This document shows positions 10,219-19,017 of a DNA stretch of 57,014 nt, piece by piece. A program made the translations under genes and the position numbers. The DNA is taken from positions 1 through 57,014 of the forward strand of contig NZ_JAOVZF010000146.1 of the NCBI RefSeq assembly GCF_026337845.1, given 5' to 3'. The stretch comes from Paraliomyxa miuraensis (GTDB lineage Bacteria > Myxococcota_A > Polyangia > Nannocystales > Nannocystaceae). Position 1 is the stretch's first letter. Every line of letters starts with the position of its first letter. Under the pieces are notes generated by a model, which searched no databases, had not been told where the DNA came from, and saw only the letters and a list, made by a program, of their open reading frames with translations.

Positions 10219-12744
10219 ATGAAGAAAGTCGTCCGCAACGAGGCCTACCAGGCATTCCTCGACGCTGCGCAGACGCTCGACCTGGGCACCCGCATCAAGG
10301 ACGTTCGCGACCAGCCCCTGCGACCGGGAGGCCGGGTGATCGCCACCCTCTTCGAGCGCGTCAACGGCGGACGACCGCACCCACGGATCCGCTTTGCCTT
10401 TGCCGAGGTCGAGGATCCAGGGCCGTCGATCGCGTCGTTCGAGCCCGCCTCGCCACCGACCAGCGCCGCCGGGCTGCGCGAGGCGATCGCCAGCGCCCTC
10501 ACCCTCCACGCCGACGTGCTCGCCACCCGCGATCTGGACCCGAAGAGCGCCCCGCCGGACAGCCCCTGCTACTGGCGCAACCGGATCCGCGTGCTTCGAA
10601 CCGCCGCGCTGTTCACCCAGGTGCGCAGCCGCGTGGAGGCCTGGCTCGGGAGCGGCACCCTCCCGGCCTCCGAGCGTGCAGGCTGCTACCGCGCCGTGAC
10701 CGAGCTCGAGGAGGAGGCCTACGCGGGCACGGTGGAGTTCGACGACGCCGACACCGGCACGTATCACAGCTTCGGACACGACGCTCCGTTCGTGCACTAC
10801 CTCGAGCAGCTGCTGTCCTCGCTGCCCGCGGAGGGCAGCGAGGACATGGCGCTGCTGCACTCGGCCAACCGCGAGTCGGTCCGTCGCCAGCACCAGCAGA
10901 CGCGGGCCCACCTCGACTGGCTCATGCGCAAGAAGTACGCCTACCACGGCATCGAGGAGACCGACATCGAGCGCTCGCTCGGTGGCTTCCTGATCGACGC
11001 CGAGAGCCGGCGGATCGTCTCCGAGGTCCCCGATTCCGACCCTCTCGCCCCGCACTACGAGCTGCTGCGCATCGCTCCGACCGCAAACCACTCCCATGCG
11101 GGCGCGTGGGTGTACCGCGACGCCGCGGGAGGGCTGCGGCTCCAGGACCACCAGCCGCTCGAGGTCGAGCCGGAGCTGCTACGCAGCGCTCCGCGCGAGC
11201 CCGAGCAGCTCACGTTCCGCCGCGCCCCCGACGACCCGCACCTGCGCAAGGGCATCCGCTTCGACTGGGACGAAGGGGGATTCGTCCAGCAGGGCGCGAT
11301 CGACTGGGTGTCGTGGGCCGGTCACTGCGACGTCAAGGCGGTGCTGGAGCTGCTCGGGCTGACCTTGACCGGCGACCCCCCGCCTCGCGTGGAGGAGTAC
11401 CGCGCGGACACGGGCCGCACCACGATCTACGATCGCGAGCTGCTGCTCGAGATGCTGGCCAGCGTGCTCGAGCTGGGCTCGAGCTACAGCCGTCTGGATG
11501 GCACCGGCCAGCGACGGCGGGGGTTCCGTCGCTTTGGTGGCTCGCGCAACGACAGTCGCCCCGATCGTCTGCAGTTCACCGGCCCCGGCCGCGGCAAGGG
11601 CTTTCGCTGGCCCATGGGAAGCCGTCGCGAGCTGATGCACGTGACCGCCATCGAGCTTCCCGACGGCCAGCGACCCGACATGGGCACCGCGTTCTTTCGG
11701 CACCTGCCCGAGCTCGAGACGGTGTCGTTCGCCAAGAATCCGCGCTACGTGACCACCGTGGAGGGCGACTACAACGTCATCGACGTCTCGGGCGCCCGCA
11801 TCGAGGCCAAGATCAAGGTCGACGCCTTCGATCCCCACACCGGCTATCCCGTACAGCGCGACCAGACCACCGTGATCGACCTGCGACCGGGCGCGGATCC
11901 GGGACCGGAGGGGCGGTACTTCCTGGGCACGCACATGGACGATGCCGCGTCTCGCAAGCTGCTGCGCGTGTACTACGATCCGGCCGGCAATCGCATCGTG
12001 GCCGAGATGGATCGCTACACGCAGCGAGGCGACACGTGGGTCGCCTCGCGCGTGCCGAGCGAGGACATCGAGGTCCCGCTGCAGTCTCCGCTGCGCTGCA
12101 CCCTCAGCCGCGAGATGAAGCGCGACGATCCCTCGCAGTTCACCGCGCTGCTGCACCTGGCCCTGCGTCAGGCTCACAACATCTGCGCCGACACCGACCA
12201 GGCCTCGGCCGTGTGGAACGGCGTGGTCACCCGCCTCCGCGTGACCAAGACCGGCGCCAATCCCGAGGCTCGCACCGAGCGCTGGCAGGTGGACGTCAAG
12301 GCGCGCTTCGGTGAGGCCACGCTCGACTACCTGGTGCGACGAGACGAGCGGGGCCAGCCACAGGCCTACTGCCCGGCGACGTCGGACCACCACTGGGGTC
12401 GCTGGCCCGACTTCCTGTGGCACGACGTGCCCGACGTGGGCAGCAAGGGCGTGGAGAACGGCGACTGGGTGGTCAACGACACCATGGTCGACCGCGAGCT
12501 GGTGACCATTCGCGTGGACGAGTCGGTCCCCAGCGGCTTCTACGTGTTCGACGACCACATCAAGAACGTGTTCGAGCTGCTGTTCTGCGGCCTGGCTGGA
12601 TACACCCACACCGTGGTGCACAACGACAAGCGCCATGGATTCCGCTCGGTCGAGGCCTGGAACGCAGCCACGCGCGCCCTGGACCGGCTCCGCGCGGCCG
12701 TGAGCTTCGTGGACGGTCCGTCGCCGGCCTCCTCCGACGAGTAG
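10219..12744 (+). CDS. Large hypothetical cytoplasmic protein (841 aa). No recognisable domain.
   Basis: Clean ORF starting MKKVVRNEAYQAF. It has ordinary, non-low-complexity composition, no signal peptide and no P-loop. One candidate Cys/His site is AIDWVSWAGHCD. Confidence 0.6.
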   Translation: MKKVVRNEAYQAFLDAAQTLDLGTRIKDVRDQPLRPGGRVIATLFERVNGGRPHPRIRFAFAEVEDPGPSIASFEPASPPTSAAGLREAIASALTLHADVLATRDLDPKSAPPDSPCYWRNRIRVLRTAALFTQVRSRVEAWLGSGTLPASERAGCYRAVTELEEEAYAGTVEFDDADTGTYHSFGHDAPFVHYLEQLLSSLPAEGSEDMALLHSANRESVRRQHQQTRAHLDWLMRKKYAYHGIEETDIERSLGGFLIDAESRRIVSEVPDSDPLAPHYELLRIAPTANHSHAGAWVYRDAAGGLRLQDHQPLEVEPELLRSAPREPEQLTFRRAPDDPHLRKGIRFDWDEGGFVQQGAIDWVSWAGHCDVKAVLELLGLTLTGDPPPRVEEYRADTGRTTIYDRELLLEMLASVLELGSSYSRLDGTGQRRRGFRRFGGSRNDSRPDRLQFTGPGRGKGFRWPMGSRRELMHVTAIELPDGQRPDMGTAFFRHLPELETVSFAKNPRYVTTVEGDYNVIDVSGARIEAKIKVDAFDPHTGYPVQRDQTTVIDLRPGADPGPEGRYFLGTHMDDAASRKLLRVYYDPAGNRIVAEMDRYTQRGDTWVASRVPSEDIEVPLQSPLRCTLSREMKRDDPSQFTALLHLALRQAHNICADTDQASAVWNGVVTRLRVTKTGANPEARTERWQVDVKARFGEATLDYLVRRDERGQPQAYCPATSDHHWGRWPDFLWHDVPDVGSKGVENGDWVVNDTMVDRELVTIRVDESVPSGFYVFDDHIKNVFELLFCGLAGYTHTVVHNDKRHGFRSVEAWNAATRALDRLRAAVSFVDGPSPASSDE

Positions 12745-12817
12745 GGATCCAGCGGGTCCTTCCCACGTCCATGTCCGATCGCTGCGCGGTCGGTGAGGTC
12801 TACCGAGAGTCGAACTT

Positions 12818-12853
12818 GGGGTGGCCAACCGGCGGACCGGGGTGGCCAACCGG
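12818..12853. promoter_or_regulatory. Perfect 15-nt direct repeat GGGGTGGCCAACCGG x2, separated by 6 nt (21-bp period), upstream of the EBP-like regulator gene
   Basis: Direct reading. Each copy contains the TGGCCA palindrome. Confidence 0.5.
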
Positions 12854-12911
12854 TGGGCCATTGACCCGCCCGTGTTCGACGGATCGATGCGGGATCATTC
12901 GATCGCATGGT

Positions 12912-12927
12912 TGGCCCGCGTGTTGCT
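12912..12927 (+). promoter_or_regulatory. Candidate sigma-54 (-24/-12) promoter TGGCCC-N5-TTGCT immediately upstream of the EBP-like gene
   Basis: GG at 12913-14 and GC at 12925-26 with exact 12-nt spacing, matching TGGCAC-N5-TTGCW. The predicted transcription start would be only ~4 nt before ATG 12942. Confidence 0.35.
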
Positions 12928-12941
12928 TCTGTCATGGCCTC

Positions 12942-14210
12942 ATGTCCACCGCGATCACCGTTCTCGATCCCTTCGACGCATTCGTCACCCACGACCCGAG
13001 CATGCAGCAGGCCTTGGCTCGCATGCGTTCATGGTCCTCGAGCCCTCTGGGCGTGCTCCTCATGGGAGAATCCGGAGTTGGCAAGTCCTTGCTGGCCCGT
13101 CTGCTCCATCTTGCCTCGTGCTCGGCCCACGCGATCTTCCTCCCGTGTACCGCGGCCGAGCCCTCACCCCCGGCCAACCTGTGGGCCACCCTCGTAGAAC
13201 AGGGAGGAACGCTGGTCCTCGATGATCTAGAGGACTGGTCCCTCGAAGACCAGGTCGCGCTCGAGCGCCGTCTGGCCGAGGCCTCGAATGGCTCGGTCCG
13301 GCTCATCGCAACGAGCCACGTCCCGGAGGCCGGCCTACGGCGAGAGGGTCGCCTGCACCCGGCGCTGGCCCAGCGATGGGCCGACCGGGTGCTCGAGGTG
13401 GTGCCGCTGCGGGACCGTCCCGACGATCTGCTGCCCCTGGTCGAGGTCATGCTCCACCGGGCCCGCCGATCGGCCGTGGACCTGGACGCCGAGGCCTTGC
13501 AAGCGCTGGCCAGCCACCCGTGGCCCGACAACGTTCGCGAGCTTCGCAAGGTGCTCGATGGCGCGCTGGTCCACGCCACGAGCGATCGCATCGAGCGGTG
13601 CCACCTGGCCCTCGATCCGCTGGCTCCGCCGTCGCTCGAGGCGCTGGCCGGGCGTCCGTTCTCCGCCATGCGGCGCGAGGTCGATGGATGGTATCTGCGC
13701 CAGCTCCTCCACCAGACCGGTGACAACCTCAGCGAGGCCGCCCGCCGGGCCGGCTGCTCGCGCAAGGTGCTGCGCGAGCGCCTGCGACGGCATGGCCTCT
13801 ATCGCCAGGGCCACGGCATGGTGATCCCCGTCTCGCTCCAGGCCGCCTCGGCCAGGACCTCACCGACCTCCGAGTCAGTCGCTCGCCCATTCGACCATGC
13901 GATCGATCGCCTTGGTCACTTTGGCACAATGGCGGCGGAGGAACGCGTCGTCGAGTGGGGCGTCCTTGCCCAGCGCCGCAACGGCGTGCAGCGCCGCCTC
14001 CCCGTCGAAGTCCACGTAGGCCAGGCGCGCCGTCAGCTCGCGTACGTCGCGACCAAAGCAGCTTCCGGGCAGGATCGCCACGCCGGTGTCCTCGAGCAGC
14101 CGCTCGCACAGCCCCACGCTGTCGTCGATGCCCCGGGCGGCAAGCGCCGACGCGCGCGTGCTGAAGTCGGGAAACAGGTAGAAGCCTCCCGACGGCTTGC
14201 AGCAGCGTAG
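12942..14210 (+). CDS. Sigma-54-activator-like AAA+ regulator without a receiver domain. Walker A/B and a C-terminal Fis-type HTH are present. The GAFTGA motif is absent.
   Basis: MSTAITVLDPFDAFVTHDPSMQQALARM...GESGVGKS (Walker A), LVLDDLED (Walker B), NVRELRKVLD (sensor II), DNLSEAARRAGCSRKVLRERLRRHG (HTH). The reading frame stays open to 14210. The last ~110 codons are composition-poor and overlap the convergent aminotransferase gene. Confidence 0.7.
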   Translation: MSTAITVLDPFDAFVTHDPSMQQALARMRSWSSSPLGVLLMGESGVGKSLLARLLHLASCSAHAIFLPCTAAEPSPPANLWATLVEQGGTLVLDDLEDWSLEDQVALERRLAEASNGSVRLIATSHVPEAGLRREGRLHPALAQRWADRVLEVVPLRDRPDDLLPLVEVMLHRARRSAVDLDAEALQALASHPWPDNVRELRKVLDGALVHATSDRIERCHLALDPLAPPSLEALAGRPFSAMRREVDGWYLRQLLHQTGDNLSEAARRAGCSRKVLRERLRRHGLYRQGHGMVIPVSLQAASARTSPTSESVARPFDHAIDRLGHFGTMAAEERVVEWGVLAQRRNGVQRRLPVEVHVGQARRQLAYVATKAASGQDRHAGVLEQPLAQPHAVVDAPGGKRRRARAEVGKQVEASRRLAAA

Positions 14211-15173
14211 GCCGCCTTCCGTCAGTCGACGGTGGCACCAGCGACCCAGCGCCCCCAGCACGCGTCGCGAGCGTTGGAGGTACTCCTCGATCTCCTCCCC
14301 GCCGCGGAACGCCGTGACCGCCGCGTGCTGGATGGGCGCGCTGGTCGACGTGAAGGTCTCGCTGGCCGCTGCGGCCATCGCGTCGAGCAACCACCGCATG
14401 GTCGGCGGGAACAAGAACGTCCCCAGCCGCCAGCCCCCGGCTCCGCACCACTTGGAGAGTCCTGCGCTTATGATCGTGCCCTCGGGATAGAAGCGAGCGA
14501 TCGACACGTGCTGTCCCTTGTGGTGCACCTCCCCGTAGATCTCGTCGGACAGCATCACCACGCGGTGCTGCGCTGCCACCCGGGCCAGGGCGCGCAGCTC
14601 GTCCACGCGAAAGGTCGCCCCGGTTGGATTGGAGGGATAGTTGAGGATCAAGATCCGTGGGCGCCCCGGATCCTCCTCGCACAGGGCGGCGAGCTGCTCG
14701 GGGCTCAGGCGCCAGTCGTCCTCTTGCCGCGTGGAGACCAGGCGCACCTGCCGGCCGATGATGCGGGCCTGCGGGGCATACGAGACCCATGCCGGCGTGG
14801 GAATGACGAGGTCTCCGTAGAACACCAGCTGCAACAGGAACATCAGCTCCTTGCTCCCGGGTCCGATGAGCACGTCCTCTCCGGTGCGCACCAGGCCGTT
14901 GGATCGGGAGTGGTAGTCGGCCACGGCGTCGCGCAGCGCGGCGAGGCCCTTGACCGGCAGGTAGTCCTTCTCGTGGGCGTTGCGGCGTAGCGCCTCGACC
15001 ACCGGCTCCGGTACCGGGAACGGCGACTGTCCGAGCCCGAGCTTGAGCACCTCGCGCCCCTGGGCGATGAGCGAGTTGCTGCGCTCGTTGATCGCCACCG
15101 TCGCCGATGCCTGCATCCCGCGGACGTTGAGGTTCAGGTTGATCTGGGGCGTGGTCCGAGCCATGCGCCCCAA
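13875..15173 (-). CDS. PLP-dependent aminotransferase (class I/II fold)
   Basis: ILNYPSNPTGATF, SDEIYGE, GLSKWCGAGGWRLG (Lys in the SK...GxRxG block) are typical of aspartate/aromatic-type aminotransferases. 432 aa. Confidence 0.85.
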   Translation of the reverse strand: MGRMARTTPQINLNLNVRGMQASATVAINERSNSLIAQGREVLKLGLGQSPFPVPEPVVEALRRNAHEKDYLPVKGLAALRDAVADYHSRSNGLVRTGEDVLIGPGSKELMFLLQLVFYGDLVIPTPAWVSYAPQARIIGRQVRLVSTRQEDDWRLSPEQLAALCEEDPGRPRILILNYPSNPTGATFRVDELRALARVAAQHRVVMLSDEIYGEVHHKGQHVSIARFYPEGTIISAGLSKWCGAGGWRLGTFLFPPTMRWLLDAMAAAASETFTSTSAPIQHAAVTAFRGGEEIEEYLQRSRRVLGALGRWCHRRLTEGGLRCCKPSGGFYLFPDFSTRASALAARGIDDSVGLCERLLEDTGVAILPGSCFGRDVRELTARLAYVDFDGEAALHAVAALGKDAPLDDAFLRRHCAKVTKAIDRMVEWASD

Positions 15174-15260
15174 TCATAGACCATCGTCCGGCGTATGCGC
15201 GTATCGCGCAATTGCCGTCTCGGCGGCTACGGAGGCACGTCGAGAGGCGATCGCGGCGAT

Positions 15261-17729
15261 TCAGCCGCGTGGGCCGCGGCGTCGTACGCCCATCAAGAGC
15301 AGCCCGCCGAGCCAGGACCAGCCAGCGTGCTCCGATGGCCCACCGCTGCTGCACGCACAACCGCCCCCGGATGTGCCGCTTCGTGCGGTCTCGAGGGGCT
15401 TGGTCTGGTCGAGCGGCGTACCGACCAGGCCTTCGCCTTCGTCGCGGGCGCTGGGGGTCGCGTGACCGCTGTTGCCCATGGCCCCTCGCGCCGAGTCGCT
15501 GGCCGAGCGAGGCGGAGCGTCGCGCAGGTGAGCCACACCGAGCTCCTCGAGCAACGGACCCGCGTCGGTCACCTCGTCGAGCACCCACAGCAGGTAGCGA
15601 ACGTCGACGATGATGTTGCGCGAGCGTGCCTGGTTCCAGCCCACGTCGCCCGCGATGTTCTCCCACACGCGATCGAAGTTCAGACCGATGAAGCGACCCT
15701 GGCCATCGATCACCGGGCTGCCCGAGTTGCCCCCGGTGGTGTCGCCGTTGGCGAGGAACGCCACGGGTACGTCGCCCAGCGCGGGGTCGGACCAGTAGCT
15801 CTGCGCGGCCGAGGGAGCCGCGTTGCGCACCGCCTCGGCCAGGTCGAACGGCTCCTGCCCCGTGTGCTTGGCTACCTGACCCGCCAGCACCGTCTGTGGG
15901 GTCGCGAGCATGCCGTCGCGCGGCGTGTAGCCCTGCACGGTGGCGTGAGAGAAGCGCAGCGTGCCGTTGGCATCGGGGTATACGGGCCCGCCGCGTACCG
16001 CCTCGAGCATCTCGAAGTAGCGCGGGCCCAGCACCAGCAGCTCGCCGCTGTCGCGATCCGACCGCTCCTCGTGCTGCTCGATCGCCTCGACCAGCTCGTG
16101 CGCCAGCACCAGCAGGGGGTCGCGGCTGGCGGCGAGCGCCTCGGCATCGGCGGCATCGAAGGCCGCCTTGGCGAACGCCTCTTCGGTCACCTTGGTCGCC
16201 CGCAGCACCCGCGGGACGTCGGCCACTCCGAAGCCGGTGAAGCGCAGCTCGGGAGGGAGGGCCTCGATGCGGCGAAACAGCGCGACCATCAGCGCCTCGT
16301 CCACGCCCGCGTCGTAGTCGTGCAGGCGTCCGTTCTGGCGCGACCACAGCCGCTCGGCGCCGCGCTCCTGGTAGGGACCGCGGCGCTCGAGATCGGGCTT
16401 GGCCTGCTCCCTGGCGCGCCGCACCAGGTCGATCGCCACCGCCAGCGCATTGGCCCCGCCGCCGAGGTTCTCGATCAGGAAGTCGCGCTCGAATCCCGCG
16501 TGGCGCCGCTCGCTGAGCGCGTTCAGGCCCTCGAGCACCCCCGCATGCCGGGCCTGGACGTCGGGCGGCTGCCCGGCCAGCCAGACCGCCATCGCCTCGT
16601 CCTCGGCCTGGCGCCGGGCCAGCAGGCCATTGCGGTGGATCCCCTCGATCATGCCGCGCGAGTTCTTGTGGCGGTTTTGCAGGCCACGCAGCTTGGCCGC
16701 CACCTTGATGCGCACGGCGGGATCGGCCTGGCCCAGGCGCTCGAGCAGCTCGATCCACTCGCCGTAGAGCGACACGCGAGCGGGCAGGAATTGCTCGAGC
16801 TTGCGCCGAAGCTCCACCGCCGGCAGGTAGCGCTCGGTCTTGCCCGGATAGCCCAGGATCGCCACGAAGTCGCCCGGGCCCACGCCCTCGGTGCCGAGCT
16901 CGAAGTGACGCTCGGGCACGTAGGGCACGTTGTCCTCGGCGTACGCGGCCGGCTTGCCATCGGGGCCCACGTAGGCGCGCAGCATGGAGAAGTCGCCGGT
17001 GTGGCGCGGCCACATCCAGTTGTCGACCTCGCCCCCGTAGTTGCCGATCGACGACGGCGGCGCGTAGACCAGGCGCACGTCGAGCAGCTCGAGGTAGCGC
17101 AGCAGCTGGACCTCGTGACCGTTGTAGAACTCGGCCACCTGGCAGTGGTGGCCGGGGTGCTCCTGCTCGCATGTGGCCACCATCGTGGAGCCGGCCTGCT
17201 CGAACGCGCGAGCGCGGCGGGCCGGATCGGGCTCGGCCTCGGCGACCTTCCGCATCGACTCCGTCACGTCGTCGATCGACACGAGCACCTTGACCGTGCT
17301 GCCGCGCGCGGGCAGCTCGTCGGCCAGCGTGGCGGCCACGAAGCCATCGCGCAGGTAGTCGTGCTCGACCGAGCTGTTGGACTGGATGGCCCCGTAGGCG
17401 CAGTGGTGATTGGTGGCCAGCAGGCCCTTGTTGGACAGGAACCCCGCCGAGCAGCCCGAGAGGTTCACGACCGCGCGCATCAGCCCGCCATCGCTCGGGT
17501 TCCACAGCTCGCTGGGTGACAGGCGCAGGCCCGCCTGCTTCAGCTCGGCCTGCGGCAGCTCGGCGAGCTGCTTGGGCATCCACTGGCCCTCGTCGGCATG
17601 CCCGGGCTGGCCGATGCCCACGCCGAGGAGCACGAAGGCACCGAGCCAGGTGCGGCGCCGGCCCGGGCCGCGCACGGGTGCACGGCCGGCGGAGCGAACG
17701 CGACGACGGGATGGTCTCGGTGCGGGCAT
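15261..17729 (-). CDS. S46-family dipeptidyl-peptidase (DPP7/DPP11-like serine peptidase) with a C-terminal MYXO-CTERM sorting signal
   Basis: Signal peptide MPAPRPSRRRVRSAGRAPVRGPGRRRTWLGAFVLLGVGIGQPGHA. LLATNHHC (catalytic His region), DTTGGNSGSPV (catalytic Ser). C-terminus GGGCACSSGGPSEHAGWSWLGGLLLMGVRRRGPRG. Confidence 0.85.
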   Translation of the reverse strand: MPAPRPSRRRVRSAGRAPVRGPGRRRTWLGAFVLLGVGIGQPGHADEGQWMPKQLAELPQAELKQAGLRLSPSELWNPSDGGLMRAVVNLSGCSAGFLSNKGLLATNHHCAYGAIQSNSSVEHDYLRDGFVAATLADELPARGSTVKVLVSIDDVTESMRKVAEAEPDPARRARAFEQAGSTMVATCEQEHPGHHCQVAEFYNGHEVQLLRYLELLDVRLVYAPPSSIGNYGGEVDNWMWPRHTGDFSMLRAYVGPDGKPAAYAEDNVPYVPERHFELGTEGVGPGDFVAILGYPGKTERYLPAVELRRKLEQFLPARVSLYGEWIELLERLGQADPAVRIKVAAKLRGLQNRHKNSRGMIEGIHRNGLLARRQAEDEAMAVWLAGQPPDVQARHAGVLEGLNALSERRHAGFERDFLIENLGGGANALAVAIDLVRRAREQAKPDLERRGPYQERGAERLWSRQNGRLHDYDAGVDEALMVALFRRIEALPPELRFTGFGVADVPRVLRATKVTEEAFAKAAFDAADAEALAASRDPLLVLAHELVEAIEQHEERSDRDSGELLVLGPRYFEMLEAVRGGPVYPDANGTLRFSHATVQGYTPRDGMLATPQTVLAGQVAKHTGQEPFDLAEAVRNAAPSAAQSYWSDPALGDVPVAFLANGDTTGGNSGSPVIDGQGRFIGLNFDRVWENIAGDVGWNQARSRNIIVDVRYLLWVLDEVTDAGPLLEELGVAHLRDAPPRSASDSARGAMGNSGHATPSARDEGEGLVGTPLDQTKPLETARSGTSGGGCACSSGGPSEHAGWSWLGGLLLMGVRRRGPRG

Positions 17730-17805
17730 CTCGACGCCGACCCTACACCATTTCGCGCGCGGGTCGGCATGGCCAAGGGCAGTGGATCGAGGCAAGATCG
17801 AAGCC

Positions 17806-18405
17806 GTGAAACCGGGGATCCCCGAGGCTGGTCTGACGACGCAAGGGCAGCTGTCGCCGATCAGCCGGCGCTGGTTGCTGGCGTCGGCTCGGCATGCGCT
17901 GACGGAGGCGATGGGCGTGCCCACGACGCCGATCGATCCCCCGCCGGCCGACCCCGGGCTCGACGAGCCCTCGCGCTTGTTCGTGTCGTGGCACCAGGGC
18001 GAGCGCCTCGTCGGCTGCATCGGAACCCTCGAGCCGCACCGCTCGCTGCGCGACGGCGTGCGGTACTTCGCGGTGCAAGCCGGGCTGCACGATCCGCGCA
18101 CGCCGGTGCCTCGGCCCGACGAGCTGCCGCGGCTGCACGCGTCGATCTCGGTGCTCACGCCACCCGAGCCGATGGACGAGCAAGGGCTCGAGGCGATCAC
18201 CGCCGCGCTCGTGCCCGGCCGCGATGGCCTGGTGCTCCACGACGACGCGCGACGGGCCGTGTTCCTGCCCGTGGTGTGGGAGAGCCTGCCCGAGCCCACG
18301 CAATTCGTGGCGGCGCTGTGCCGCAAGGCGGGGATCGACGCGGCCCGGCGCGGGCCGTGGGTTCGTGGCGAGCGCTTCTACGCGATCGAATTCGCCGAGT
18401 CCTAG
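17806..18405 (+). CDS. AMMECR1-family protein (AmmeMemoRadiSam system protein A-like)
   Basis: LFVSWHQGERLVGCIGTLEP is the AMMECR1 signature. GTG start assumed at 17806; an in-frame GTG at 17782 is an alternative. Confidence 0.7.
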   Translation: MKPGIPEAGLTTQGQLSPISRRWLLASARHALTEAMGVPTTPIDPPPADPGLDEPSRLFVSWHQGERLVGCIGTLEPHRSLRDGVRYFAVQAGLHDPRTPVPRPDELPRLHASISVLTPPEPMDEQGLEAITAALVPGRDGLVLHDDARRAVFLPVVWESLPEPTQFVAALCRKAGIDAARRGPWVRGERFYAIEFAES

Positions 18406-18432
18406 GGACCGCCGGACTCGGGCCCGTGGCCG

Positions 18433-18999
18433 CTACGGCGCGCGAAACAGCGTGGTGCGATAGAACCGCAGCTCTTCGATCGACTCGCGGATGTCGTCGA
18501 GCGCTCGGTGGGTCTCGCGCTTTGGCGGCGGCTTGAGGTCGGGATACCAGCGGCGCGACAGCTCCTTGAGCGACGACACATCGACCATCCGGTAGTGCAG
18601 GAACGCATCGAGCCGGGGCATGTAGCGCGCGATGAAGCGTCGATCCTGGTGGATCGAGTTGCCGCACAGCGGTGAGGCCCCCGCCTGCGTCCAACGGGCC
18701 AGGAGCTCGAGGGTCTGACGCTCGGCCTCGGCCTCGTCGATGGTCGACGCGCGCACCTGCTCGGTCAGCCCGCTGTCGCCGTGATGACGCGTGCACCACT
18801 CGTCCATGGCATCGAGCACGGCGTCGGGCTGGTGCACCACCAGGTCGGGACCCTCGACCAAGACCTCGAGGTCGGCGTTGGTGATGATGGTCGCGATCTC
18901 GAGGATGCGGCAGGCGTCGGGGTCGAGGCCCGACATCTCCATGTCGATCCACACCAGCGGGGCCGGTTCCTGGCTCGGCGCTGCGGTCTGCTCGGTCAC
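18433..18999 (-). CDS. orn: Oligoribonuclease
   Basis: [22 protein letters not shown]...[16 protein letters not shown]...[18 protein letters not shown] is the classic Orn / DEDDh exonuclease sequence. 188 aa. Confidence 0.92.
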   Translation of the reverse strand: MTEQTAAPSQEPAPLVWIDMEMSGLDPDACRILEIATIITNADLEVLVEGPDLVVHQPDAVLDAMDEWCTRHHGDSGLTEQVRASTIDEAEAERQTLELLARWTQAGASPLCGNSIHQDRRFIARYMPRLDAFLHYRMVDVSSLKELSRRWYPDLKPPPKRETHRALDDIRESIEELRFYRTTLFRAP

Positions 19000-19017
19000 C
19001 GGGGAACCTTACACGAT

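Noticed and set aside
12417-12941. Upstream 175-codon extension of the EBP-like ORF
   Set aside because: It is Arg/Gly-rich (MARRARRGQQGRGERRLGGQRHHGRPRAG…) and overlaps the end of the 841-aa gene. Alignment-like features (AAA+ core) start right after MSTAITVL at 12942.
13729-17583. 1284-aa minus-strand ORF, plus the 774-aa + ORF (15195..17519)
   Set aside because: Both are out-of-frame or antisense to the aminotransferase and S46 peptidase genes. The composition is extreme Arg/Ala/Gly.
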